From Mustelus asterias (lineage: Eukaryota), in assembly GCF_964213995.1 (NCBI RefSeq), contig NW_027590850.1:1-64000 (forward strand): a DNA stretch of 64,000 bases, read 5' to 3'. A model generated the notes under the pieces. The model saw only the letters and a program-made list of their open reading frames with translations, did not search any database and was not told the origin of the DNA. A program made the position numbers and the translations under genes. Every line of letters begins with the position of its first letter. The first letter of the stretch is position 1. This document shows positions 39,766-50,657 of the stretch, one piece after another.

Positions 39766-41859
39766 ATGTTCAGGGTTTGCATCGACTTTCTGCTGCTTTT
39801 CACTCTGATCTTTACGGAGGTGACCGGAGAAGCTGAGGTGATGCAGTTCCCTCCGCGGATAGTTATCAGGTGAAGTGCGAAACATATCTATGAACTGCAC
39901 CATCTCCTTTGTTTCTAACGTCCTGCGTTGGTACAGACAGCTCCCGAATCAATCACCCCAGCATCTGGTGATGGCCACTGGCGGGAGCTGGAGGCCAAAG
40001 TCTCCGCCCGCCTGGGTCGCTGGACAGGACTGCTCCGAGTGCTGTCCTACGGGGCGCGAGCTCGCGTCATAAACCAGCTGGTCGCCTCCATGCTGTGGTA
40101 CCGGCTGGTCCCTTTGACCCCTCCCCCTGGCTTTGTCACCGATATCCAGAGAACCCTCGTGCGGTTCTTCTGGGGCAATCGACTGCACTGGGTCCCTGCT
40201 GCGGTCCTGTATCTCCCGCTTGAGGAGGGCGGACAAGGTCTGGTGTGCCTCCGCACTCAGATAGCGACCTTCCGCCTCCAGGCTCTGCAGAGGTACCTTT
40301 ACGTTGAGCCCCCTCCACAGTGGTGTGCCATGGCGACGTATTTCTTCCGCCAGTGGCACGGCCTCAATTATGACGTGCAGCTCCTGCATATCGAACTGGG
40401 GCGTGCTTCGACCGCCCTGCAGGAGTTGCCCGTCTTTTACCAGGACCTCCTCACTGTCTGGAACAAGGTCGCCTCGCGACGCAGCTCTCCCCCGTCAGGA
40501 GTAGCGGCTCTCGTGCGAGAGCCGCTGCTCAGGAATCCGCTCCTCCAGCCGTATAACTTCAGGTGGCTGGCGGAGAGGGGGGCTGTGGACGCCGGGGTGA
40601 CCAGAATCGGGGACGTGCTCGATGGCGGAGGAGCGGGCTGGATGAGTCCCCGCGTGCTAGCTGAGCGCGCGGGGACGTCCGTCCGGCGCGCGGCCAAAGC
40701 CATCCTAGACCTTAGGACGGTCGTGCTCGGCCCCGAAACTGCACGCAAACTTGAGACGGCGCAGGCGTGCGGTGGGATCCCGCCCGAGCGTTCCCCTGTT
40801 CGGGCGGAATTCCGCATTGGCCCAAAGCCTCAGCCCCCTCCCCTGGGTGAGGTGCCCCACAGCCTGAGCCGCCTCGCGGAAATGCCCTCCGTGCCTTTTT
40901 CTACCGCGCGGAGGCGTTTCCTGTGCGGGCTGCTGCTGCACACCTTCCACTACCGCCTCCTCGCCTGTCGCCCGGATACACCTTGGCGGGCCTTGTTGCC
41001 GCCGGGCGGCGGAGGTCCCCGCTGGAGGTCCCTCTACGGAGGGATCTCCCCCAATTACGTCGGGGACCTGGGGTGGAGGGTGATGCATGCAGCAGTTCCG
41101 CACAACCGTAGGGTTCACTGGTTCACGGGCTCCGAAGACTGCCCTTTCTGCGGCCTTGTGGAGTCCGTGGACCATGTCTATGTTGTGTGTCTTAGGCTGC
41201 ACTCCCTTTATGTTTTCCTGAAGAACCTTTTATTGATGTTTTGTTTGCACTTCAGTCCCACGCTCCTGATCTACGGACACCCGGTGCGGAGAGGGGAGGG
41301 TCGGGATGGCGACCTCCTCGTGAACCTGCTCCTGGGCCTGGCGAAACACGCCATTTACCGGTCCAGGCAGCGGGCGATCGAGGGGGCCGTCCATCCTGAC
41401 TGTCTGCCCCTCTACCGCGGCTACGTTCGCGGCCAGGTGTCCCTGGAGAGGGAGCATGCGGTGTCCACGGGCGAGGTTGACACTTTCCGCGCCCGCTGGG
41501 CACCGCAGGGGTTGGGGTGCATTATTGACCCTAATAATCACATTTTAATTTGATGTTTTTAAGTTTCCTTTGTATTTTGATTTCTGTTCGGGCTGTTCCC
41601 CCTCCTTTTTGGGGAGCTGCCCCTTTTACTTTGTCCTGATTTAATCTGAGTTTGTTTACTTGGTTTGGTTTGACCTATAAAGAGGTCTCTCTGAATGATG
41701 GTTTGGTTTGCCCTAAAAAGAGGTCTGGTGATGGCCACAAGAGGAGCCGATCAACACGGGAGGATCGCTGCCTCAATGGGTGAAGGCAACAAACTCAGCA
41801 TCCTGACTGTGAGAGACGCACAGGTTTCAGACACCGCCAGCTATCTCTGCGCCGTGAGC
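39766..41859 (+). pseudogene. TCR V-alpha/delta pseudogene with intronless leader, +1 frameshift near 39870, split by a Tx1-type LINE
   Basis: ATG 39766 MFRVCIDFLLLFTLIFTEVTG-EAEVMQ, stop at 39871; shifted frame gives SMNC...WYRQLPNQSPQHLVMAT [insert] RGADQHGRI...DTASYLCAVS; RSS CACAGTG 41860-41866 / 23 bp / GCCAAAACC 41890-41898. Confidence 0.9.
39979..41723 (+). mobile_element. 5'-truncated Tx1/L1-clade non-LTR retrotransposon (ORF2 C-terminal part)
   Basis: ORF uninterrupted to 41553 with LYLPLEEGGQGL and a C-terminal CPFC...H....C zinc knuckle; T-rich 3' UTR; 15-bp TSD tctggtgatggccac at 39964-39978 and 41724-41738. Confidence 0.9.
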
Positions 41860-42560
41860 CACAGTGTAATAAACACAGGGAGGTGCCGTGCCAAAACCTG
41901 CACCGTTTTAAAAACCCGCTCCGCGGGAATGTCAGCGTTTCAAGAAGCGCAGTATTAAATTCCAAGGATAGAGGGAATGACAGCAAAACATTTCTTGAGT
42001 CAGAAAATTGTAATGAGTTTAAAACGAAGAGAGTTGGGAATGTATCCGAAGGAATTGGAAGAGGTTAGATGCAAATCAGAATAAGTGAAGGACAAAGAGA
42101 AAAAAATGCAATTAGAATACTAAAGAGCACAGAAAATCCGGAAACAATGCAGAGAAGAGGAAGAAAGTCAAAAACGTGATGTGATGTATTTTGGCAGGAG
42201 GAAGCACAAAGAAACGTATTGAGTAAATGGTGAGAGGTTTCAAAGGTCTTAGGTTCAGAGGCACCTGCGTGTCCGACTGCATGAATCGCAAATGCTCGTC
42301 TACATGTAGAGCAAGTCCTGAGAATATTGTTGTTCAGCTCAGTTGCTGGAGATCTGGTTTGTGTTGCAACGCAGCACTGACGGCACAGTTTCAATACCTG
42401 TACCCGCTGAGGTTATTGATGAAGTTGCCGCCATCAAAAACCTTGACCCCTCCCCCCCCCCCCCCCTCCTGAGATGTGGTCTGATCTTCAGTTTTAATCG
42501 CCTGCAGCCTCTGCGGCTCTGTCGACTTTAACTTTATTGTTTCTGTCTAACGGCGTGAGA

Positions 42561-42573
42561 GCGCCCTCTGCTG
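42561..42573 (-). promoter_or_regulatory. CTCF-binding motif 26 bp beyond a V RSS
   Basis: Minus strand CAGCAGAGGGCGC matches the CTCF core consensus. Confidence 0.75.
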
Positions 42574-42637
42574 AGCGCTAACTGGAACTCTTACGGTGGG
42601 ATTTTTGTATCGGACCGGCTATATCTGTAGCAGTGTG

Positions 42638-43265
42638 GGGTCCAAGGCACAGAAATATACGGCACTGTCGGTCATCAGCGTGTTGCCGATCGTTAGCTCG
42701 GTAATCTTGGTAGTTTTATTTAATGCAGCTGAAAAGCGGTCGCTGATGTCGGTGTGTCTGTACAGTTTACCTCCCAGAATACGAAGCATGTACTGTGGAG
42801 GCTGCCCGGGACTCTGACTGTACCAGTAGACATTAGGATTGGGCTCGCTTGTCTTCAGGTTGCAGGTTATTGTGACATTACTTTCCCCTTCAACTGTTAT
42901 TTCAGCAGCTGACTGCTCCACTGTGTCTTGGTGACTCCGTTCTGACATAAAATAGTATTAAAAATAAAAACAATCATATCAGTCGTTTATTTCGAAACAA
43001 CATCGTCATTTAAACGATCAGTATTATTTGTCAGCAATAATATCTGGCTTTACAGGAAAGGAAATACATAAACACATAGAAGATCGGAGCAGGAGTAGGC
43101 CATTCGGCCCTTTGACCCTGCCCCGCCATTCATTGCGATCATGGCTGAACATACAACTCAATAACCTGATCCCGCTTCCCCCATATCCTTTCATCCCCTT
43201 CGCCCCAAGAGCTACTTACTGAGAAGTGAGAGAATGATGAGGATCGGAGTGAGATAGTTCATCAT
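42638..43265 (-). CDS. TCR V-alpha/delta segment (leader exon 43265-43220, V exon 42941-42638)
   Basis: Leader MMNYLTPILIILSLL then gtaagt; V QDTVEQ...TITC...WYSQSPG...DSAVYFCALD; RSS CACACTG 42631-42637 / 22 bp / ACAAAAATC 42600-42608; a retroposon 3'-end fragment lies in the intron. Confidence 0.92.
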
Positions 43266-44469
43266 GATCCTTCCTGAGTCTGTAACTCTGCAGTGAGAGA
43301 AATACTGTGTCAGAGACAGAAATACAGATGCCCGTCCCACTGCACTGCTGGTCCAACCAATGAGAGGAATGGAGTAGCGGCAGCAATCTGTCCAATCACA
43401 CAATCGGGTCAGAGTGAGAGTCGCAGACGGAAGCTGTGGGCGGGCACACGGCCGACTCAATATTGAATCAAGTGTGCGGTGACTCTCAGTTGCACTGGGA
43501 GCTGGTGGAGCGGAAATAGCGACGGTTGAATCTACAAAGGCCTCTGACCATCCTGCACCTGCTCACTATTCAGGTGTCTAACAATAATTAGAGCGGCTGG
43601 GACACGAAGCAATGAGAATCATAGAATCTTGGAGCGCCGAATGAGTCCATTCGTCCTATCTGTGCCTCTTTGGAAGATTTCTCCAAATCATCCCCTTATT
43701 TTTCACACAGACAGGATTCTTTGTTGGAGATACATACACTTTCCTTCTGAACATTTCTGTTTAATATTCTGCCACCATTTCAGGCAGTGTGTTTCCAACT
43801 TTGAACAACTGGCAGTGCCGCAAGGAATAAGATCATTCTATGCTTTTCCTTCTCTTAAACTGGCGTACTTGGATTATCGAATGATCTATTGATTGAAACA
43901 ATTTTGCGTGATCTATTGCATCATTTTTTAAAATTCTGAGCAGTGAAATTAAGAAACTAATTTCATTATTTGATAAAAGAAGAGCAATTTCAGTTTCACA
44001 AGCCATCTGATCATTGATTGCCGTCATCCGTGGAACTATTCCAGTTTACTTTCTCCAATATCTGGATAGTCTCACTAAATGGTGATTTCATGGTTTCTAA
44101 ATAGTGATAAACTATCACAATGTAATTCAGTCTGACCAATTTCAATTTATACCTCTCTGAAAAAGATACTTGATACTCGTGTTTTGGTATATAAATTAAC
44201 AAACCCGAAAACCTCTCAGTGACCCCCATTCTAAAAAGGATTGAGCAGAATCCGCCAGGAGGGGGCTCCAAATCCAAACATGCTAATCGGAAAGTCGCCT
44301 GGGTCCAACGGCAAAGCTAATAGGCATGGTTTCCTGAGTGAGGTCACAATGGCCCTGCCCCCTGCAGTGTGTGGGCGGAACAATGAGCTGAACAGAGCCC
44401 GGGTTCCCTCTCTACTTCTCCATCTCTGACTCATTCCATTCCCATTCACTGAGAGAGATTCAGTCAGAC

Positions 44470-45425
44470 ATGTTTCTGATCATATTGGTGGTGCTGTGGG
44501 ACAGTAAGTGATGAATTATGTTCGTTCAAACAGTTTAGCAGATTGGTAAAATAGTGTACTATGATTTTTGGAGACTAAATTGGTTAGGATTATATTCACC
44601 AGAGTTTAGAAGAGTGAGGGGATCTCATAGAATCTTATAAAATTCTAACAGGGTTAGACAGGATAGACTGAGAAAGAATGCTCCCAATGGTGGGGAGTCC
44701 CGACTAGGGGTCATGGTTTGAGGATAAGGGGTAAACCTCTTAGAACTGAGGTGAGGAGAAATTTCTTCACCCAGAGGATGGTGAATGTGTGGCATTCACC
44801 ACCACAGAATGTAGTTGAGGCCAAAACATTGCCTGATTTCAGGGAGAAATTAGATTTCGCTCTTGGGGCTCAAGGGATCAAGGGATATGGGGGGAAGGGG
44901 AACTCAGAATATTGAATTTGACGATCAACCATGATGAAAATGAACGGCGGAGCACGCTCGATGCGCCGAATGGCCTACTCCTGCTTCTAATTTCTATGTT
45001 CCTATGTTTCTATTTAATATAGTTAACGATCAGATATATACTAACAGGGACAGTTTGGAAAATGAAAATTCGTGCACACTCGCACAGATAGATCGATCCT
45101 CTTTAATCTTGTTCTTTTTTATTTATCTACTTTTGCAGGCGGACTATGTGCAGTAAGTCAGTCTGCAGTGTCGGTAACTCTGTCAGAAGGGAGTTCGGCG
45201 CAGTTAGATTGCAAATATACAGACAAGCTTATAAACACTATGCAGTGGTATCGACAGAAACCGGCAGAGCCTCCAAGATGGATAATTAGCAATATATTAG
45301 CACTGAAGAAAGATAAGATCTCAGGGCGATATCTGGCGGCTGCTGACGAGTCTACAAAGTCTGGTTACCTCAACATAAGCGGCCTCAGTGCGGAGGACGG
45401 GGCGGTCTATTACTGTGCTGTGGGG
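44470..45425 (+). CDS. TCR V-alpha/delta segment (leader exon 44470-44503, V exon 45139-45425)
   Basis: MFLIILVVLWD then gtaagt; acceptor ttttgcag; AVSQSAV...LDC...WYRQKP...DGAVYYCAVG; RSS CACAGCG 45426-45432 / 23 bp / ACAAAAACT 45456-45464. Confidence 0.9.
44590..45012 (+). mobile_element. CR1-type LINE 3' fragment in the V leader intron
   Basis: RNFFTQRMVNVWHSP motif and (ctatgtt)n tail. Confidence 0.8.
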
Positions 45426-46142
45426 CACAGCGTTAGATTACAGCTAAAACCCTGTACAAAAACTCCAGCGCGCTCGGTCCTGCATCTTTGATGTCTTTAC
45501 CTGAGTTCGTTTCAAGGCTTACAGAGACAGGTTTTTATTCCAAAAAATTGCATTGCTGTCCTTACCGTTGTTGAAATCAACACAGAGCCAGTCTGGGAAA
45601 TCATCATCCTTATCACCATACCGCGAGTTCGTAAATGTCTCGGAAATTACCCGAATTCTTATGTGGGGCTGACCGACGTGGCGATAGCCAAGGGTTATGC
45701 AATAAGTTTAGCAGATCATTATGGGATGTTCTTCCAGACTCGAAGGGATCCAGGGTCAGTGAGTTTGCCTCACTGGATTGTGTGACAAAGTACAGAATGT
45801 CTAAAAGACTGGGATTGAATTTAACACATGAAGTGAGCAATTAACGTTTCAAAAGCACCGAATAACACAGCCATTGTCCCAAAGGTCCTTGGACAGCACA
45901 CGGTGTCTGGTGTGGATTTTGACAAGCAATAACTCACATCTGAAAGTACTTCTTCCTTTTCGACTGATATTCACAAGAAACCCAGATCAGCAATACATTT
46001 CAGTTACTGGGAGATTGGGGAAAGTTTTCCAGGGACAGCTTTATAAGATGTATATCTCTCCGATGAAGTACAGGCTACAAACAGTCAGGACTGCTCCTCT
46101 GTAGGTTTTTGTACGACTCCTATCGATTTTCACAACATTGTG

Positions 46143-46661
46143 CCTCCATTGCACAGAAATAGGTGGCGGTGTCTGTCACCCGAGTGTCGCTAACGTTCAG
46201 AACGCTGCGTTTCTCTGCAGCAATGTTCCGAGCCCTGATCCTGCCCTGGTCGCTGGTACCGCTCACCAGGTGCTGCATAGTTCGGTCCGGGAATTGTCTG
46301 TACCATTGTAGGACCCGTCCAGCTGCTGTTGTGGAACAGTTCAACGATGCCAGGTACCCCTGGGTAACCACCACGGACTCCAGAGACTGTAATACCTCTT
46401 CGCCGCCAGTGACATCTGGGAAGGATATGTAGATGTGCAACAATATGATAAAATTAATATATCATATCGCAATACAGTGTAGCACAATAAAGAACAATTG
46501 AATACACAATACAAGATAATGCAACAAAACAGAGTACTATTTAACAGAGCATGGCATTACTCATGCATGAAATATTCCTGTCAGAAATAACGATCACACT
46601 CACACTGAGGGAAGAGTAAGAAACCCAGGGAGATGATCACTAACACGAAGCTGGGCTTCAT
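46143..46661 (-). CDS. TCR V-alpha/delta segment (leader exon 46661-46604, V exon 46415-46143)
   Basis: MKPSFVLVIISLGFLLFPQ then gtgagt; acceptor ttcccag; VTGGEEVLQ...LNC...WYRQFP...DTATYFCAME; RSS CACAATG 46136-46142 / 23 bp / ACAAAAACC 46104-46112. Confidence 0.92.
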
Positions 46662-46832
46662 GTCGAATCCTACCGGAACTTGTAAATCACTTGTCGACAG
46701 ATCTCAGGCCAAGAGAAGCTCTTGGGAAAGCAAAGCTATTGGATATGAAACTGAGCCCAAGACCAGTTATATTCTCGCGGCCAGAGCTGGGTCTCTGGGA
46801 CTTGTGATCACAAAGTGAAGCAGTGAGGAGAG

Positions 46833-46958
46833 TGCGCATGCGTCAGACCAGTCGGCATTGTGACGTCAGAACAACCGGCATTGTGACATGAGAGTATCCG
46901 GCACTGTGACGTCAGAATGCGGGCATGTGCGGCGTCACCATGTAGTCCTGTGACGTCA
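46833..46958. promoter_or_regulatory. V promoter with tandem CRE (TGACGTCA) sites and an NRF1-like TGCGCATGCG
   Basis: Perfect CREs at 46861, 46907 and 46951, 200-300 bp upstream of ATG 46661. Confidence 0.65.
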
Positions 46959-47240
46959 GTGGGTCTGGTCTGAGGGTCAGAAACATGTCCCCCGGAGCTG
47001 AAAGGAATATCCAGCCCTGTGTTTGTGGGAAGTTACAACTGATCAGAAACTGAACAGCACCCGGTTTTACTTGTAGACTGTGTTGATGACTGGTCTGCCG
47101 GACTGATCGAATTCTGCAGTTAATTTTCTCGGTCATTGCTGGAATAATTTGGGTGCCAGTTTGATCCGATGTTAATGTGATATCCTCTCGGTGTGTGTTT
47201 GAGCGTCTGAGACCTGCCCATAGTGGTTGTATCTATCCAG

Positions 47241-47412
47241 ATTCTGCCTTTTGGCTAAGATCAAGTGCGGTGCCTTTTCCTGTCAGCGTGGATCTTGTAT
47301 ATATATCTTGCGAGGACCATGAATTAGATTCAATTTGAATTTGAATTCGTTTTTGGAGCAATTAGGAGATGGATTCTGGCTTCGCCTGTCCGCTCGGCGC
47401 AATGGTTTTGCA
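47241..47412 (+). pseudogene. Degenerate, near full-length U2 snRNA-derived sequence
   Basis: Colinear U2 landmarks: gccttttggctaagatcaagtg, cgaggac, Sm-site region tttttggagca, ggagatgga, tggttttgca. Confidence 0.7.
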
Positions 47413-48489
47413 ACGTTAAGCAATCATTAATTTATAATCCAGCAGATAGGAGCTCCCGAACAAAATGCAAAGTGCGAAGGTAGGACTGATTTCCATCATA
47501 AACTCCGTACCTGAGCCCTTATTCTGATCAACTCTTCAGAGTCCAATTTCTCCACCTGGAGATGGAGAGGGGTTTGGCTGCCTGAACGTCGCTGTTGCCG
47601 TTGTTTGTCTCCCGATTGTCTGCAGGCATGTGTAAGACTTCCTGTGAGTGCAGCTCATCGGGAATAGTGAGCGCCAGGATAAAACAAAATCACTCCATGT
47701 AATATCATAGTTGAAACTTGAAGAAAAAAAACTACTTCTCTTTCTGTCTTATCATTTGAGGACAATAAGTAAGTGACATAATTTCCATGACTCATCTGAA
47801 ATACACGTTCAAACGTGAATCAATCATATTGGAGTGTGTTTAAACTTTAGGTTGAAATCACGATTGGGAAATGAGATTAAATCTGTTTATTCCACAATTG
47901 CCTCTCTGAAATTGCCCCTCCCCACTCCCAGAACACCCAGCTGCTGCCTTCCCACATTGTCACTGTCCGCTCTGTAAAAGGGAAGTTGAAGCAAGAAAAA
48001 TCTCGTTCTACTCCGCACTCTCATTAATCTGCTATAATGTCATAGCATCACCTCATTTACGTGTGTTCCCAGTGTGTTTTAGTCCTGTATGTGGAAAGCA
48101 GGCTTTCAGTGAGCAGAAACATCCCAAACTGGGATATAATCCGTGCCTTTATTAGGAAAATCGTTATATTCTTAGGGAGAGGGGTGAGGATGAAGTCGCT
48201 GGTCTGGTTATTGTGAGGCGGAGGCGCTGGGTTGCGAATTGTGTCAGAAAAGATTTCACAGACATTCAAAATCAGATTGAACATTGATGGTACATTTTCT
48301 CAGGGATTGTTTCAAATAACTCAATGACAACCTTGTGAAATGTATATGTTATATAACCTGTCCCTTAACCAGCAAAGCACTCTGGCCAAATAGATACGTT
48401 GATCTGAGCGACCTCGAAACGGAGTGAAGATGGGAAAAGGGTTGCAAAGGAAATATCGTCAAAGGACTAAGCGTGAGTTAACGAACCAT

Positions 48490-48826
48490 TCTCGGCCTTT
48501 TGGCTAAGATCAACTGTAGTATGGTCGGCAGCCCATGGTCGGCCGCACTTGGTTGAGGTCATTAGGTTACACTGAAGCTTCATATGTTTCATATGAAGCA
48601 ATTTTTAAAAGCGGCATCTCGGCCTTTTGGCTAAGTTGCAAATGAGCTCAAGTCTTGGAGGAGGAACCTCCCCCTTCTCCAATCAGCTTGGCTCATGTAG
48701 ATCAGGCCCAGGACAGGGTGATTTGGTCGCTCGCCCTGTCTTGTCAGCCTGGATCTGAAATGTCTCAACTTGTTGAGACTCTGAATTGGATTTGATTTGA
48801 TTGAATTGGAAAAGTATTTTTAAAAA
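48490..48826 (+). mobile_element. U2 snRNA-headed SINE-like insertion with two U2 heads
   Basis: Head tctcggccttttggctaagatcaactgtagtat; second head 48617-48635; A-ending tail; 17-bp TSD gtgagttaacgaaccat (48473-48489, 48827-48843); paralogous site near 58520 is empty. Confidence 0.85.
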
Positions 48827-48992
48827 GTGAGTTAACGAACCATAAATGTATCTTTAGTATGGTTGCACGTTAAAAACCAACTGCGGGTCTGCTGTTCTTG
48901 TTGAGTGTTGTGTTTTGATTTGAAATTTTATGCATGATCCGGTGACTCTCTCTGTGAAGACTGAATTGTTGAGTCTGTTTATCAGTGTGAGT

Positions 48993-49005
48993 GCGCCCTC
49001 TGCTG
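48993..49005 (-). promoter_or_regulatory. CTCF-binding motif 26 bp beyond a V RSS
   Basis: CAGCAGAGGGCGC on the minus strand. Confidence 0.72.
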
Positions 49006-49073
49006 ATCATTATCCGGAACTCCCAGTCAGGGGTTTTTATGCGGGGGGTTCGCCATATCTCTGCACCTGTGTG

Positions 49074-49603
49074 TGCTCCGTGGCACAGAAATACACGGCG
49101 CTGTCAGGAAGAAGAGTTCAAGCGATATTTAAAGCAGTGTTGCTTCCTTTGTGTAAATTAGCCGAGAATCTATCTGGGAAATATGGAGACTTATCGGTAT
49201 TGCCCGAGCTATATATCTCCATCAAATATCTCGGAGCTTGCCGGGGATACTGGATGTACCAGAACATCTTCGAAGAACAGCTGGCGAGTATTTACAGTCC
49301 AATGTTATGTTCTGTTCTTCCAGAACCGCTATTTCAGATCGATCTTGAAACATTGAATCTTCAGCATTTGCCCCTGTAACAAAATACAGAAGTTATTCAA
49401 TGTCTGGGAGCGAAGAGAGCCGATGGAACAGACACTGATCATTTAAACATTGACTCAAAAAGAGAAGATGCTGGAATATTTCGGCCGGTCTGACAACACC
49501 TGTGAGCGGGAGAACAGAGATAATGTTTCGAATCGGGATGATCCTTTTCTCAGAATTTGTTGACTCACGGGACAACAAGGCTGTTATTACCAGGAACCAA
49601 CGT
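49074..49603 (-). pseudogene. TCR V pseudogene, paralog of the V at 58722-59263
   Basis: Start codon changed to ACG with a shortened leader, 1-nt deletion just before WYIQYP, degenerate RSS (nonamer ATAAAAACC 49032-49040, spacer 24-26 bp). Confidence 0.85.
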
Positions 49604-50643
49604 GGTGTCTGGTTTAGGGTTCGACAGAAATGAGGCAATAATTAAAATGTGTGACATTGCTGTTCTGATATTAAGTTAGAAATTCATATCAGCGGAAACT
49701 TCACTCACTCAGAAACTGAGGGGCGTTTTCCAGCGACAAGATTGGCTGATCTGTTAGAACTGATGACAGTTGGGCACCAATCAGTGTTAGTTCTGGACTC
49801 CTGAGTTCTGAGTTTCTCTTGTTCCCTGTCCTACTCGGGTTCTCCGGATGTCTCTTCGTTTGAGACCTGTCTGTCTCGCTCTGTCATTCCGCCTCGGTGT
49901 GTCTATCACCACTTGCTCTGTTTCTGACCCTCTCTCTCTCTACACTTGTTCTACCTCCTCCTCTTTCTCCGGTTTTCCCTAAAGTTCAGGGTTCAGACAA
50001 TCCGATTTCTCACAGTCTCGCATTTCAACGGGTCCAGCAAATTACTTATTATATTGGAGCAGCAATAATAGATAAAGTATAATAACCGGAACGCAAGGGG
50101 GACACTATGATGGAAAGAACTTAATGGAAATCACTAAATATCGGGAACAAATGTGAATCCACGGTCACATCTACATCTTGTGTTGATATTTCAAAGCAGA
50201 CATCTTATTGGGACATTGATGTTTGTTTAAAACGATCGCCTTTAACCAGTATGGTTGGGATATTAATTAATTGGGGAATATAAACATAGAATCCCTACAG
50301 TGCAGAACGAGACCAGTCGGCCGATTGAGCCTGCACTCACAACAATCCTACTCAGGCCCTATCCCCGTAACCCCACGTATTCACCCTGTTAATTCCCCTG
50401 ACACAAAGGGGTAATTTAGCATGACCAAAGAACATGACTCACACATCTTTAAACGAAACAAAAGGCATCGCCAGGATTTAAAATAAAGTTGGGATTATCT
50501 CTCATATATACATTCAACTGCATTAAATGACATTGTAATCATAAATGTACTAACAAGAATAATCCGACATAATTATCAGTAATGTCCTTCCGTAATTTGA
50601 GAATTCGATGATTTTTCAGGAAATGGCCATTTACTTCACATCG

Positions 50644-50657
50644 CCGCCAGATGGCGG
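50644..50657 (+). promoter_or_regulatory. Intergenic CTCF motif
   Basis: CCGCCAGATGGCGG matches the CTCF core. Confidence 0.55.

Noticed and set aside
39766-41553. Secreted leader-Tx1 ORF2 fusion protein (leader and LINE ORF share a frame)
   Set aside because: Two in-frame stops (39871 and ~39916) separate them
46856-46908. cattgtg/cactgtg heptamer-like words at 23-bp period
   Set aside because: They are part of the CRE repeat unit and have no associated nonamers
48930-49379. Plus-strand 149-aa ORF (and similar ORFs at 42596, 46163, 58689)
   Set aside because: Antisense shadows of V exons
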